A stretch of DNA of 64,000 bases from Coleofasciculus chthonoplastes F2-STO-03 (lineage in GTDB: Bacteria > Cyanobacteriota > Cyanobacteriia > Cyanobacteriales > Coleofasciculaceae), in assembly GCA_040222015.1 (NCBI GenBank), contig JAVJWO010000052.1, positions 32,001-96,000 on the forward strand, given 5' to 3'. Of this stretch, positions 19,390 to 30,600 are shown one piece after another (position 1 is the stretch's first letter; every line of letters begins with the position of its first letter). Both the position numbers and the translations under genes were made by a program. The notes under the pieces were generated by a model. The model did not search any database. It was not told where the DNA came from and saw only the letters and a list, made by a program, of their open reading frames with translations.

Positions 19390-21540
19390 ATGACTAAACC
19401 GGTAATTATTTGTGTCGATGATGAGAAAACAGTACTCAGAAGTCTAAAAGTCGAGCTTAAGGAAGCGATTGGCAAGAATTACCTGATCGAAATTGCCGAA
19501 GCGGGAGAAGAGGCATTAGAGTTAGTTGAAGAACTCTTAGGCGATGACTATGAGATTCTTTTGGTTATCTCTGACCATATCATGCCAGGGATGAAAGGGG
19601 ATGAACTCTTAAAGCGTGTTCATGAGTTGTCACCGAAAACGCTAAAAATTATGCTCACCGGGCAAGCGGATATTGAAGCCGTAGGCAATGCGATTAAGTA
19701 TGCCAAACTCTATCGTTATATCGCTAAGCCATGGCAGGCGTCAGACTTGAGTTTGACGGTAAAAGAAGCCGTTAATAGTTATCTGCAAGAAAAAAAGTTG
19801 GATGAACAAAACGCCCAACTTAAATGTTTAAATCAAGATCTAAAACAATCTGTTCAATTACTCAGTGCTAGTGAGTTAAAATTTCGGGCGATTTTCAATC
19901 AGACTTTTCAGTTTACGGGAATGCTGAGTGTTGACGGAATTGTCCTAGAAGTCAACCAAACTGCCCTGAATTTTGGTGAATTGCATTTAGAGGATGTGGC
20001 AGGAAAACCGTTTTGGGACTGTTACTGGTGGACTATTTCCAGGGAAACCCAAGCTCAGTTACAATCCGCCATTGCTCAAGCGGCTAGCGGTAAGTTTATC
20101 CGTTATGAAGTGGATATCTTAGGCGCACAACAACGCATTGCAACAATTGATTTTTCGATTAAACCAATTATTAATGACAATGGCAGTATTGAGTTTTTGA
20201 TTATCGAAGGTCGAGATATTAGCGATGTCTACAATGAGTTGCGTTTACGGAAAGAAGCTGAAGCTGCACTGGTGAAAGCAGAACAAAAGTATCGCTCTAT
20301 CTTTGAAAACGCCCAAGAAGGAATCTTTCAGATTGCGCTGGATGGCAGTTATCTCAGTGCTAACCCCGCTTTAGCGCACATCTACGGCTACGATTCCCCG
20401 GAAGAATTGCTGACAATCATTAACAGTATTCACTATCAACTCTACGTTGACCCCCGTCGGCGTCCGGAATTCATGACACGGATGCAGCAGCATGGTGTTG
20501 TGTGCGAGTTTGAGTCGATGATCTGTCGCAAAGATGGCACAATTATCTGGATTAGTGAGAACGCCCGTACTGTATATGATGCGTCGGGAACTCCACTTTA
20601 TTATCAGGGGTTTGTAGAAGATATTACGTCTCGCAAACAAGCGGAGGCGGAGCGAATCAAGTTCACGAATGAACTGTTCCAACTGAATAAATCCTTCTCC
20701 CGTTTTGTTCCCAGTCAATTCTTACAGATTTTAAATAAACAAAGTGTGGTTGATGTCAAATTAGGCGATCAAGTTCAGCAGGAAATGTCTGTTCTTTTTT
20801 CTGATATTCGGGATTTCACCACTCTCTCGGAAAGAATGACTCCCCAGGAGAATTTCAAATTTATTAACGCCTTTTTAAAGCGGATGGAACCAGCGATTAT
20901 CGAACATCAAGGCTTTATCGATAAATATATGGGCGATGCGATTATGGCACTCTTTAGCGGGATTGCTGATGATGCGCTTCAAGCCGGAATTGCCATGGTT
21001 CAGCAATTGTATGAGTATAATCTATGTCGTCTGCAATCAGGGTATACTCCCATCAGAATTGGCATTGGCATTAATACTGGCTCATTGATGCTGGGTACAG
21101 TTGGGGGAAAACACCGAATAGATAGTACGGTGATTAGTGATGATGTGAATTTAGCGGCTCGTTTGGAGGGACTAACGAAACAGTATAAGGTGTCGTTATT
21201 AATTTCGGGACAGACGTTAACTCGTTTACATAATCCAACCGAGTATAGTCTCCGGTTTGTGGAGCAGGTTAAAGTTAAGGGGAAGTCAAAAGCGGTAGCG
21301 GTGTTTGAAGTGTTTGATGGAGATCCCCTAAAGATTAAGGAGGGCAAGTTAGCTACGATCTCCATATTTGAGGAAGGGTTGTTTCTCTACGCCAAGCAAG
21401 CCTTTGGTCAAGCAAAACAGCGGTTTGAAGAGGTGTTGAGGATTAATCCCCAAGATACGATCGCCCAAATTTATCTTAACCGTTCCCTGGCGCAACTCCA
21501 GCACGACGAATTTTTTTTGACGATGAGGGATGAGGGATGA
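19390..21540 (+). CDS. REC-PAS-PAS class III adenylate cyclase
   Basis: REC, two PAS/PAC domains, FSDIRDFT, DKYMGDAIMALF, VNLAARLE. Confidence 0.9.
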   Translation: MTKPVIICVDDEKTVLRSLKVELKEAIGKNYLIEIAEAGEEALELVEELLGDDYEILLVISDHIMPGMKGDELLKRVHELSPKTLKIMLTGQADIEAVGNAIKYAKLYRYIAKPWQASDLSLTVKEAVNSYLQEKKLDEQNAQLKCLNQDLKQSVQLLSASELKFRAIFNQTFQFTGMLSVDGIVLEVNQTALNFGELHLEDVAGKPFWDCYWWTISRETQAQLQSAIAQAASGKFIRYEVDILGAQQRIATIDFSIKPIINDNGSIEFLIIEGRDISDVYNELRLRKEAEAALVKAEQKYRSIFENAQEGIFQIALDGSYLSANPALAHIYGYDSPEELLTIINSIHYQLYVDPRRRPEFMTRMQQHGVVCEFESMICRKDGTIIWISENARTVYDASGTPLYYQGFVEDITSRKQAEAERIKFTNELFQLNKSFSRFVPSQFLQILNKQSVVDVKLGDQVQQEMSVLFSDIRDFTTLSERMTPQENFKFINAFLKRMEPAIIEHQGFIDKYMGDAIMALFSGIADDALQAGIAMVQQLYEYNLCRLQSGYTPIRIGIGINTGSLMLGTVGGKHRIDSTVISDDVNLAARLEGLTKQYKVSLLISGQTLTRLHNPTEYSLRFVEQVKVKGKSKAVAVFEVFDGDPLKIKEGKLATISIFEEGLFLYAKQAFGQAKQRFEEVLRINPQDTIAQIYLNRSLAQLQHDEFFLTMRDEG

Positions 21541-21737
21541 AGTTGGGGAGCTTGTAGAGACGCGCCATGGCGCGTCTGGGAAGCTGGGGAAGAAAGATGG
21601 GGGAGATGGGAGAAAAATTAAATTAGAGTTTATCCTTTGCCGTTTGGAGTTGTAAAGGAAGTTGAATTTTGTTTGATTACTTATAATAGAGAGTAGAGAG
21701 CAAAATTAATTTGAACTCAGTCAACTGAGAGAAATAA

Positions 21738-22016
21738 ATGCGGAAACCCGTACTTGTCGTTTTATTGATTTTAGGGTTAGTATTATCAACCACAATCCAA
21801 CTAGCTCCAGCGCAAGCGACAACCCCTGATTCCCAAGTGTATACCTGGGGGTTTGTGCGTCCAGGAAGTCAGCAATTAGTTTGTAAGCAAATTACGATTC
21901 ATCCGGAGAAAGAGGTTGTTTCCCCAGCCTCGCACCATAAATCAGTCAAGATGTCCTCTCGATCTACAATTGTTGAGGAGCGCTATTGTTCTCATTTAAC
22001 CCAACCATCTCTATAG
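21738..22016 (+). CDS. Small secreted hypothetical protein
   Basis: Signal-peptide-like N-terminus ending AQA; two Cys. Confidence 0.6.
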   Translation: MRKPVLVVLLILGLVLSTTIQLAPAQATTPDSQVYTWGFVRPGSQQLVCKQITIHPEKEVVSPASHHKSVKMSSRSTIVEERYCSHLTQPSL

Positions 22017-22114
22017 CGTTGGTTGGGTAATAGCAAGCGATGTAGAGACGAATCAGTCTACGTCTCGACTAGCGGTTCAAAACACAAGCAGAGGATAACC
22101 TGACCCTATAGAAA

Positions 22115-22176
22115 GGGCGACCCGATCCCATTAAGTGGATTGGTATTGTTCATTGATGCAAGCGGGTCGCCCCTAC
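22115..22176. repeat. Long-loop GTAG hairpin (GGGCGACCCG-38 nt-CGGGTCGCCCCTAC)
   Basis: Same arms at 32683-32742 and 51746-51805. Confidence 0.8.
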
Positions 22177-22380
22177 AGGTTGTTCGGTCGCCCCTACAGG
22201 TCTGATTAATTTGTATGACAGGCTACATTATCTTTCAGAGGCAAAATGCGCGATCGCAAGCCGTTTCGGTCTACTGCATGTAAGAATAGTCTGATAAGCT
22301 ATCTAGGAAGCTGACCTAGAGTCAGTCCTAAGTCCTAAAGTTTTCACGGCTCAAAAATCGGTTTGGCATTGAGAGACACC

Positions 22381-23010
22381 ATGGAATGGCACGGAACAGA
22401 TGCTCAAAGTTTGGCAATTATCGATCGCGAAATTGGCGCTCATACCTTTTCACCCGCCGAATACGAAATTGTGCGTCGGGTGATTTATGCAACAGCCGAC
22501 TTTGAGTATCAAAAGCTGATTCGCTTTTCCGAACGTGCGTTACAAGCAGGCGCTGCGGCGCTAGCGGCTCGGACTACGATTGTGGTAGATGTGCCAATGG
22601 TACAGGTGGGAATTACGCCTCACATTCAAGAAACCTTTGCCAATCCCGTCTATTGCAGCATGGAAGCCATCACCCGCCCCCAAAAAGAAAAGACGAAAGC
22701 AGCTTGGGGAATTCAAACCCTAGCCAGACGCTACCCAGAGGGTATTTTTGTGGTGGGTCAAGCGCAAACAGCGCTAACGGCGTTGGTAGAACTGATTGAA
22801 GCCGAAGAAATCCGCCCCGCCTTAGTCATTGGTACACCTTCGGGATTTGTTGAGGTGGATGTTGCCAAATCCCGACTTGAAGATTCCTTGGTGCCTCATA
22901 TTCGTATCGAAGGGCGCAAAGGTTCATCGGTTGTAGGGGCGGCTATTGTGAATGGACTGGTAGACTTAGCATGGCAGGCATACGGGCAGGATAGTACCAG
23001 TGTAAATTGA
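22381..23010 (+). CDS. cobH: Precorrin-8X methylmutase family protein
   Basis: SLAIIDREI, VRRVIYATADF, VDVPMVQVGI, GRKGSSVVGAAIVNGL; start placed at ATG 22381. Confidence 0.8.
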   Translation: MEWHGTDAQSLAIIDREIGAHTFSPAEYEIVRRVIYATADFEYQKLIRFSERALQAGAAALAARTTIVVDVPMVQVGITPHIQETFANPVYCSMEAITRPQKEKTKAAWGIQTLARRYPEGIFVVGQAQTALTALVELIEAEEIRPALVIGTPSGFVEVDVAKSRLEDSLVPHIRIEGRKGSSVVGAAIVNGLVDLAWQAYGQDSTSVN

Positions 23011-23030
23011 ATCCTTCGAGGGTATGGGTT

Positions 23031-23129
23031 GTAGGGGCGGGTTTAGGGAATAACGTTTCACTATTGATGATAACGTTTGTACAAAACCCGCCCTGACTAA
23101 TACTTCCCCTGCTTCCCCTGCTTCCCCTG
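23031..23129. repeat. Long-loop GTAG hairpin plus (CTTCCCCTG)x3 between convergent genes
   Basis: GTAGGGGCGGGTTT-39 nt-AAACCCGCCC; near-copy inside the kinase gene at 38352-38414. Confidence 0.85.
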
Positions 23130-23150
23130 CTTCCCCATCTCCCCATTCCC

Positions 23151-23849
23151 TCAACGCCGACGACGCCGAGTCTTGACCACACGATTCACGGGATAATCGT
23201 CCTCTTCGGCTTGAGTTAACTGACGACTAACCTGATTAAACACAGTCCTCTGTACGTAAGGATAGTCACTTACCCAGATATTCAAGCGAGGAATATAAAT
23301 ATCACTGTTGCTGGCAATACGGGATAAATCCGGCTGATTCGACATCACCACCATCTGGGCAATTTGACCGGGAACAATGCCTTTGTAAGTGCGGCGCAGA
23401 GGGACTTGTAGCAGTGTGCTAAATCCGCTCTTGTCACCGACTTCTAAATTCAGGCGTCGCTCCCGATTTTCCACAATCACCAACTCGCCCCGATTGTTGA
23501 CATTTTCTTCAGTACCAATCAATTCTTCGGTGACAAAGACATCCAAGACTCGACCTTGCCAGAAGCCACTATACTTATAGCGACGTACCTCAAGATTACG
23601 CCGACTTGCCCAGTAGACAGGACTCCAAAACCAGTACAACCCGGTGATAATACCTAAAAGAAAGCGTAAGGGATCAAACCCTTCACCAAAAAAGAGTCCT
23701 AAGAGCAATACGACGACAACAGCGACAACCGAAATCAGCAGTCGCTTTAAAAAGTCTGGGAATTTTCCCCAGTAGTAAGCATACTGGGAACTTGTAGCAA
23801 TCACAGGAATGAGTTGCTCAAAGGTCTGGCGGGTAAGTGGTACTAGCAT
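23151..23849 (-). CDS. Conserved cyanobacterial membrane protein
   Basis: 232 aa, two TM segments, LVIVENRERRLNLEVGD and WVSDYPY motifs. Confidence 0.7.
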   Translation of the reverse strand: MLVPLTRQTFEQLIPVIATSSQYAYYWGKFPDFLKRLLISVVAVVVVLLLGLFFGEGFDPLRFLLGIITGLYWFWSPVYWASRRNLEVRRYKYSGFWQGRVLDVFVTEELIGTEENVNNRGELVIVENRERRLNLEVGDKSGFSTLLQVPLRRTYKGIVPGQIAQMVVMSNQPDLSRIASNSDIYIPRLNIWVSDYPYVQRTVFNQVSRQLTQAEEDDYPVNRVVKTRRRRR

Positions 23850-23857
23850 GGGTTTTA

Positions 23858-23906
23858 GTCATTGGTCATTGGTCATTAGTCATTGGTCATTGGTCATTGG
23901 TCATTG
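23858..23906. repeat. STRR (GTCATTG)x7, one unit variant
   Basis: Direct reading. Confidence 0.9.
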
Positions 23907-23993
23907 AGTCACATTGAAGACTAGGAAAAAACAAAAGACGTAGCGTGCTTCTTTTCGAGAGCAAATATGACAAAGGACGAATGACGAATAACA

Positions 23994-24821
23994 TTACAAT
24001 ATTTTATCTAATCCGTAGATGAGAGATTTGAGCTGAGTTACCTTGCGAATGGCAAGCAAGACTCCTGGCATATAACAAGAGCGATCGCTGGTATCATGAC
24101 GTAGGGTGTAGATTTGACCAGTAGCACCAAAGATGACTTCTTGGTGAGCGATTAAACCGGGTAAGCGAACACTGTGAATGCGAATGTTATCATTGGCGAC
24201 ACTCCCCCTAGCCCCCGCCAGTTTTTCGGTTTCTTCTACCTTAGCGGGATTATAGGTTTTGCCCAATCCGGCTAATTGTTGAGCGGTTTGAATCGCTGTA
24301 CCGCTTGGGGCGTCGGCTTTTTGATTGTGGTGGAGTTCGATAATTTCAACGTGGTCAAAATATTGGGAGGCTTGGATGGCAGCTTGTTGCAATAAGACCA
24401 TGCCAATAGAAAAATTGGGAATAATTAAGGCACCTGTGCTGGCTTTTTCGGCAAATTCGCCTAAGTCTTTGATTTGATCACTGGTGAGTCCCGTTGTACC
24501 GACAACCGGACGAACTCCATAGGCAATAGCGGTGCGAACATTCTCATAAACGCTGTCAGGGTGGGTAAAATCCACCATCACCCCTTGCACTTTTTCCTGA
24601 GTCGCCATGACTAGCGTGGCTTGCAGGTCATTCAGAATCGGAATTTCCAATGCACCACAACCTGCGACTTCCCCAACATCTTGACCCATATAGTTCGGGT
24701 TATGATCAACGACACCAATCAAGGTCATATCGTCGGCTTGACTGACCGCCTTAATCACTTCACGACCCATTTTACCCGCCGCACCGTTGACGACAACGGG
24801 GATGGGAGATGCATTTGTCAT
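23994..24821 (-). CDS. dapB: 4-hydroxy-tetrahydrodipicolinate reductase
   Basis: [33 protein letters not shown]. Confidence 0.97.
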   Translation of the reverse strand: MTNASPIPVVVNGAAGKMGREVIKAVSQADDMTLIGVVDHNPNYMGQDVGEVAGCGALEIPILNDLQATLVMATQEKVQGVMVDFTHPDSVYENVRTAIAYGVRPVVGTTGLTSDQIKDLGEFAEKASTGALIIPNFSIGMVLLQQAAIQASQYFDHVEIIELHHNQKADAPSGTAIQTAQQLAGLGKTYNPAKVEETEKLAGARGSVANDNIRIHSVRLPGLIAHQEVIFGATGQIYTLRHDTSDRSCYMPGVLLAIRKVTQLKSLIYGLDKIL

Positions 24822-24944
24822 GGTTTTGCTTTATCCTTGAGACTCGTCAAGGGAATTTTAGCTTCTTTTGGCAATAGGCGGCGTTGTAGAACACAATGGT
24901 AGGGGCACGGCAATGCCGTGCCCCTACAGGTATTGCCGTGCTTT

Positions 24945-25406
24945 ATGTCCAAATCTTTATCCATTATCGGCTGGCGGGAACGAGTTGCCTTGCCGAATCT
25001 AGGAATTTCCCAGATTAAAGCTAAAATTGACACCGGGGCGCGTTCCTCCGCCTTACACGCCTTTGATGTGGAAACTTTCTCACGGGATGACAAAACCATG
25101 GTTCGGTTTAAAGTCCATCCCTACCAACGGGATACCCATCGCACAGTTTCCACCGAAGCTGAACTAATTGACCAGCGACAGGTTCGCAATTCTGGGGGTC
25201 ACGCCCAGTTACGACCTGTTATCCAAACTATGGTAGAACTAAACGGGGAGCGCTGGTTGATTGAACTTACCCTGACTAACCGGGATGTCATGGGATTCCG
25301 GATGCTGTTAGGGCGTCAAGCCGTCCGCAAACGCTTTTTAGTTGATGCGGGTCGGTCTTTTGTCCAAAGTTCAACCAGGAAGGGCAAAATTAAGAAAACG
25401 ATTTAA
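24945..25406 (+). CDS. RimB-like retropepsin-fold protease (annotated family: putative ATP-dependent zinc protease)
   Basis: [27 protein letters not shown]; directly upstream of rimK. Confidence 0.85.
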   Translation: MSKSLSIIGWRERVALPNLGISQIKAKIDTGARSSALHAFDVETFSRDDKTMVRFKVHPYQRDTHRTVSTEAELIDQRQVRNSGGHAQLRPVIQTMVELNGERWLIELTLTNRDVMGFRMLLGRQAVRKRFLVDAGRSFVQSSTRKGKIKKTI

Positions 25407-25423
25407 TAGTTTTTAGTTTGTAT

Positions 25424-26329
25424 ATGAAAATAGCTATCTTGTCCCAGGATGCTTCGTTGTATTCCACGCGACGCCTCAAGGAAGCGGGGGAAGCGCGGGG
25501 TCATGACATGCGGGTGATAAATTACCTGCGCTGTTATATGAATATTACGTCTCATAAGCCAAAGGTGGTGTATCAGGGGAAAGTTTTGGAAGAGTTGGAT
25601 GCGATTATTCCTCGCATCGGTGCGTCTAAGACGTTTTATGGGACGGCTGTGGTGCGGCAATTTGAAGTGATGGGGGTGTTCGCGGCGAATGAATCCCAAG
25701 CCATTTCTCGTTCCCGCGATAAGTTACGCTGTCTTCAGATTCTCTCCCGTGAAGGTGTGGGACTTCCGGTGACTGGGTTTGCTAATTCCACTCAAGATAT
25801 TGATGGGTTAATTGAAATTGTGGGCGGTGCGCCGCTGGTGATTAAATTGCTGGAAGGGACTCAAGGGATTGGTGTGGTTCTCGCGGAAACTCATCAAGCG
25901 GCGAAGTCGGTGATTGAAGCGTTTCGCGGTTTAGATGCCAATATATTGGTGCAGGAGTTTATTAAAGAAGCGGGGGGTATGGATATTCGCTGCTTTGTGA
26001 TTGATAACAAAGTGGTGGCGTCGATGAAGCGACAAGGCGCACCGGGGGAATTTCGTTCCAATCTGCATCGGGGCGGTAATGCTGAACAAATTAAGTTAAC
26101 TCCAGAGGAACGCAGTACGGCGGTACGGGCGGCGAAAGCGATGGGATTGAGGGTTGCGGGTGTGGATTTGTTGCGATCTAATCATGGTCCGGTGGTGATG
26201 GAAGTTAACTCGTCTCCTGGTTTAGAAGGGATTGAAAATGCTACAGGTGTGGATGTGGCGGGGAAAATTATTGAGTTTTTGCAGAAAAATGCAGCATCTG
26301 GAAAAACGCGCGATCGCATTCAGTATTAA
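25424..26329 (+). CDS. rimK: ATP-grasp ribosomal protein S6 glutamate ligase
   Basis: [43 protein letters not shown]. Confidence 0.96.
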   Translation: MKIAILSQDASLYSTRRLKEAGEARGHDMRVINYLRCYMNITSHKPKVVYQGKVLEELDAIIPRIGASKTFYGTAVVRQFEVMGVFAANESQAISRSRDKLRCLQILSREGVGLPVTGFANSTQDIDGLIEIVGGAPLVIKLLEGTQGIGVVLAETHQAAKSVIEAFRGLDANILVQEFIKEAGGMDIRCFVIDNKVVASMKRQGAPGEFRSNLHRGGNAEQIKLTPEERSTAVRAAKAMGLRVAGVDLLRSNHGPVVMEVNSSPGLEGIENATGVDVAGKIIEFLQKNAASGKTRDRIQY

Positions 26330-26397
26330 TCTTAGGGAACTCTTAACAGGGAACAGGGAACAGGCAATAGTGAATTCTAGAACTCAAACCTTAGTCA

Positions 26398-26492
26398 GGG
26401 CGGGTTTAGTTAAGTTAGGGGTTTTCTCCTAAACGTTATCGGTAAAACCCGCCCCTACACACTCAAAAAGACGCGCCATGGCGCGTCTCTAC
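26398..26492. repeat. Long-loop GTAG hairpin plus AGACGCGCCATGGCGCGTCTCTAC
   Basis: GGGCGGGTTT-37 nt-AAACCCGCCCCTAC, then a short palindrome at 26469-26492. Confidence 0.85.
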
Positions 26493-26495
26493 ACT

Positions 26496-27452
26496 GTGAA
26501 TCATGAAACTATAACAATTGGTGGAATTAGTGTTGCGCCCGGAGAACGGAAACGCACAGAAATTCCGGTCGCCCGTCTACCCACGCAAACGCTGCTCTCA
26601 TTACCGATTACTGTGATTAATGGCGCGAATACTGGTCCACGACTGTGGATGAGTGCGGCGATTCATGGCGATGAAATTAATGGGGTGGAAATTATTCGCC
26701 AAGTTCTAGAACGGATTAATCCGTCTCAGCTTCATGGTGTCCTGATTGCGGTGCCAATTGTTAATGTTTTTGGTTTTATTGAACAATCCCGTTATTTGCC
26801 CGATCGCAGAGATTTAAATCGTTCGTTTCCCGGTTCTTCGCGTGGTTCTTTAGCCTCTCGTTTGGCGAATTTGTTTATGACAGAAATAGTGAGTCGCTGT
26901 ACTCATGGAATTGATTTGCACACGGCAGCTCAACATCGCACAAATTTACCGCAAATCCGGGCGAATTTGGATGACCCAGAAACCTATTACTGTGCGAAAG
27001 CGTTTGCTGCACCCCTGCTGATGCATTCAACCATGCGGGATGGTTCGTTGCGCCAAGCAGCGACGAAGCGAGGTATCCCAATCCTCTTGTATGAGGGGGG
27101 TGAGGCGTTGCGATTTGACCCGGATGCGATCGCAATCGGTGTCGAAGGCATCCTACGAATGATGGTGGGGTTAAATATGATTGAGTTGGCGTTCCCTGAG
27201 TCTTTGCACCCATCATTAGAAGTTAAGCAAAGTAAGTGGGTACGAGCGCCCCGCAGCGGGATTTTGCGTCTTACTGTTAAATTGGGTCAGCGCGTTGACA
27301 AAAAGCAAGTTTTGTGTATTATTTCCGATGCCTTTGGTGAGAATAGGATTAAAGCCTATGCACCCTTTGATGGCTTGGTTATTGGTCACACGCAGAATCC
27401 GTTGGTGAATCAGGGCGATGGGATTTTGCATTTAGCGGATTTGAGTGATTAG
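26496..27452 (+). CDS. Succinylglutamate desuccinylase/aspartoacylase family protein
   Basis: AAIHGDEING, RDLNRSFPG, IDLHT, YEGGE. GTG start chosen because the ATG at 26478 lies within a repeat. Confidence 0.9.
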   Translation: MNHETITIGGISVAPGERKRTEIPVARLPTQTLLSLPITVINGANTGPRLWMSAAIHGDEINGVEIIRQVLERINPSQLHGVLIAVPIVNVFGFIEQSRYLPDRRDLNRSFPGSSRGSLASRLANLFMTEIVSRCTHGIDLHTAAQHRTNLPQIRANLDDPETYYCAKAFAAPLLMHSTMRDGSLRQAATKRGIPILLYEGGEALRFDPDAIAIGVEGILRMMVGLNMIELAFPESLHPSLEVKQSKWVRAPRSGILRLTVKLGQRVDKKQVLCIISDAFGENRIKAYAPFDGLVIGHTQNPLVNQGDGILHLADLSD

Positions 27453-27467
27453 GGAACAGGGAATAGA

Positions 27468-27516
27468 CAATAGGCAATAGGCAATAGGCAATAGGCAATA
27501 GGCAATAGGCAATAGG
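27468..27516 (+). repeat. STRR (CAATAGG)x7
   Basis: Direct reading. Confidence 0.9.
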
Positions 27517-27655
27517 CAATAAAAGATTACACAACTCATTTAAAACCGTTACATTATAAATTGTTTTAGCGTTTTTTAGAGTTTTGTTGCTGAAGGAAAA
27601 ATAAAAAAGAACACTGGGATAAAATACAGTCTGTTTGTAACAAACAATTAACCTG

Positions 27656-30600
27656 ATGAAATCTGCTCAGTGGTGCAAAATCTGCCTGTTGACTCTCTGC
27701 GCTGGAACAGTAAGACTGGTAACGGCGGCTCCAGTGTTGGCTCAATCGATTACCCCAGCCGATGACGGTACGGGTACAACTGTTACTCCAAATGGCGACA
27801 ACTTTGATATTCAAGGTGGCAGTTTGTCGAATGATGGGGCGAATTTATTCCACAGTTTCCAAGAGTTGGGCATTAATTCAGAGCAAATTGCTAATTTTAT
27901 GGCAACTCCGGATCTGAGAAATATTCTGGGACGAGTGATTGGCGAAAATCCCTCCATTATTGACGGATTGATTCAGGTAACCGGGGGAACGGCAAATTTA
28001 TATTTAATGAATCCAGCGGGAATTATTTTTGGGGCTAATGCTCAACTCAATGTCCCGGCTAATTTTACGGCAACAACGGCGACAGGAATTGGATTTGGCA
28101 ATGACTGGTTTAATGCATTGGGTGATAATAACTATCAGAACTTGGTCGGAGATCCCAGTCAATTTGCCTTTGACTTATCCCAACGGGGCATAATTATTAA
28201 TGCGGGTGAATTGGCGGTTGCACCTGGACGGGATTTAGCCCTACTGGGTGGACAAGTGGTTAATACAGGAACGTTGACGGCATCCGGGGGAACAATTACC
28301 ATCGCGGCTGTGCCGAATTCTCGTTTGGTGAAAATCTCCCAATCGGGACAAGTGTTAAGTTTCGAGGTGGAGTTACCGAGGAATAATGAGGGGTTAGCGT
28401 TACCGACAAACCCTCTGGATTTAGCCGCATTGTTAACGGGTTCGGGGAATACGGTGGAAACTGGGGTGGAGGTAACCCCATCGGCAGAGATACAGACGGA
28501 TTCTGGGGGAATTATACCGAATCAGGTTGGGGTTGCGATCGCGTCAGGAACTGTTGAGTCAGGTACAGGTCATATTTCGATTATCGGTAGAGGGGGAACT
28601 CAAGAGAATAATACTTCGGGTATTTTTGGTATCCACATTATTGATGATAGTCGAGTAGAAACGATTGGAGAAGGAACGATTACCTTAAACGGTACAGGGG
28701 GAAGCGGCGGGAAATTCATCCTAGGTCAAGCTTATCCAGGAAATCGAGGAATCTGGATTAATAACGCTACGGTGTCTTCAGAAAATGGCACAATTCATCT
28801 GATCGGCACTGGGGGTTCTGGGGAAAATGGTTTAAATTCTGGTGTTGACATTGGGAATCAGGGGGGAATTGTTCAGTCTACGGGAACAGGAACGATTATT
28901 GTTGAGGGGACTGGAGGTAAGGCAGAAGAAGACGCATTCGAGGGTAGTCAAGGGATAAGAATTGACCAGGCTAGTTCAATCAGTACCAAAGATGGAGATA
29001 TTCAGCTAATTGGTGAGGGGGGAACTGGTTCAAATCGATTTAACCATGGGGTTGAAGTTTATCGCAGTTCTACTGTTGAGGTAACCGGAACGGGAAATAT
29101 TACGATTGAGGGAATAGCTGGCGCGGGAGTAACAGAAAATCACGGGATTAGGGTTCAGGAATTCAGTGAAGATAATCCTTCTCGAATTACGGCGAGGGAT
29201 GGTGCGATTACTCTAATCGGAGTCGGTAAAGGAACAGGAGACAGTAACTATGGCATTGATTTAAGAGGCGGTGGTGTGGAAACAACCGCCGGAGGAACTC
29301 TCACCCTTGAGGGAATCGGTGCTAATGGTGCAGCAGGAATTAATGTGCAAGATGGTTTTATTCAAGCTAGCGGAACAGGAGAGAGTACAACAACCTTGAT
29401 TGCTGATGACATTCGGGTAGTTGATACTCCAAATATCCCACAAACGCCACAAATCCAAGGGACAGGAACAGTCGCGTTATCTCCCCTTGACCCGACGGTT
29501 GATATAACCCTTGGAGATACAAGCGATAGTAATAGTAATACCTGGAATCTGGATATCGATAAACTCAATCTCTTCCAAGAGGGATTTGAGCAACTTGTAA
29601 TTGGTGGGGAAGAGAATCAGGGTACAATTACGTTGGCAGATGACATAACCTTTAAGATTCCGGTAATTTTGCGATCGCTAGTTGGTTCAGGGGCAATTGA
29701 TACCACAGGTTTTACCCTGACTGGCGCTCAAGATGCCACGATTACGTTGGAAGCGAATCAAAGCATTAAGACAGGTACAATTATAAATCCAGGTCGGGCG
29801 ATTACTCTAACCAGCAACGGGTCAATTGATACTCGTAGCGGCATCCTCGATAGTCATGATCAAACTAACAATGGGGGAGCGATTAGTTTAAGCGCTGTTC
29901 AAGATATTACTACGGGTGATATTGATGCTAGTTCCGGTGGAAATGGTCAAGGCGCAACTATTACGTTAACCAGTCGTGATGGAGAAATTATCACCAATGA
30001 TCTCAACAGTTCTGGCTTTAGTGGCGGTGATATTTTAATTGATGCGGCGACGGCAATTACAACCGGAAAAATTAATAGTAGCGGAACTATCAGCGATGGC
30101 GGTAATGTTACTTTAGATCCCATTGGTGATATTCAAGTGACATTTATTAACGCCCAAGGAGGAAATAGTGGTCAAGGCGGTCAAGTTGATAGTACTGCTG
30201 GTCAATTTTTCCGCGCTACGGGAACATTTATTGACCAGAATGGGATTAACGCCAGCATCTCTACGGCTGGGGGATTGGGTGGAGATTCTATTACGCTCAG
30301 ACATGGTGGAGATGGTGTTATTCCCTTTATCGTGGGTGATGGGATAACCAATGGAACTAGGGGAACAATTACCAGTGGCGATTTCACGATTGCCCCCACT
30401 CAATCCTTTCTGTTTACTCAGAAGGTGGGCAATATTCAAATTATCAGCGTTGATTCTCCACCGATTCCGGTAACACCCCCGACTCCGGTTACAGAGTCTC
30501 CAATTCCGGTAACTCCACCAATTTTGCCTCCGGAGTTCATCACTTCCGAAACGAATCCTCCTATCAATCTCGTTAATTTAATCAAACCTGTCACTGAAGC

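Noticed and set aside
22020..22380. Cobalamin riboswitch upstream of cobH
   Set aside because: No B12-box or conserved core recognised; the hairpins present are dispersed repeats
22943..23182. Small minus-strand ORFs with GSR/GEA repeats
   Set aside because: Derived from the (CTTCCCCTG)n repeat and the GTAG hairpin
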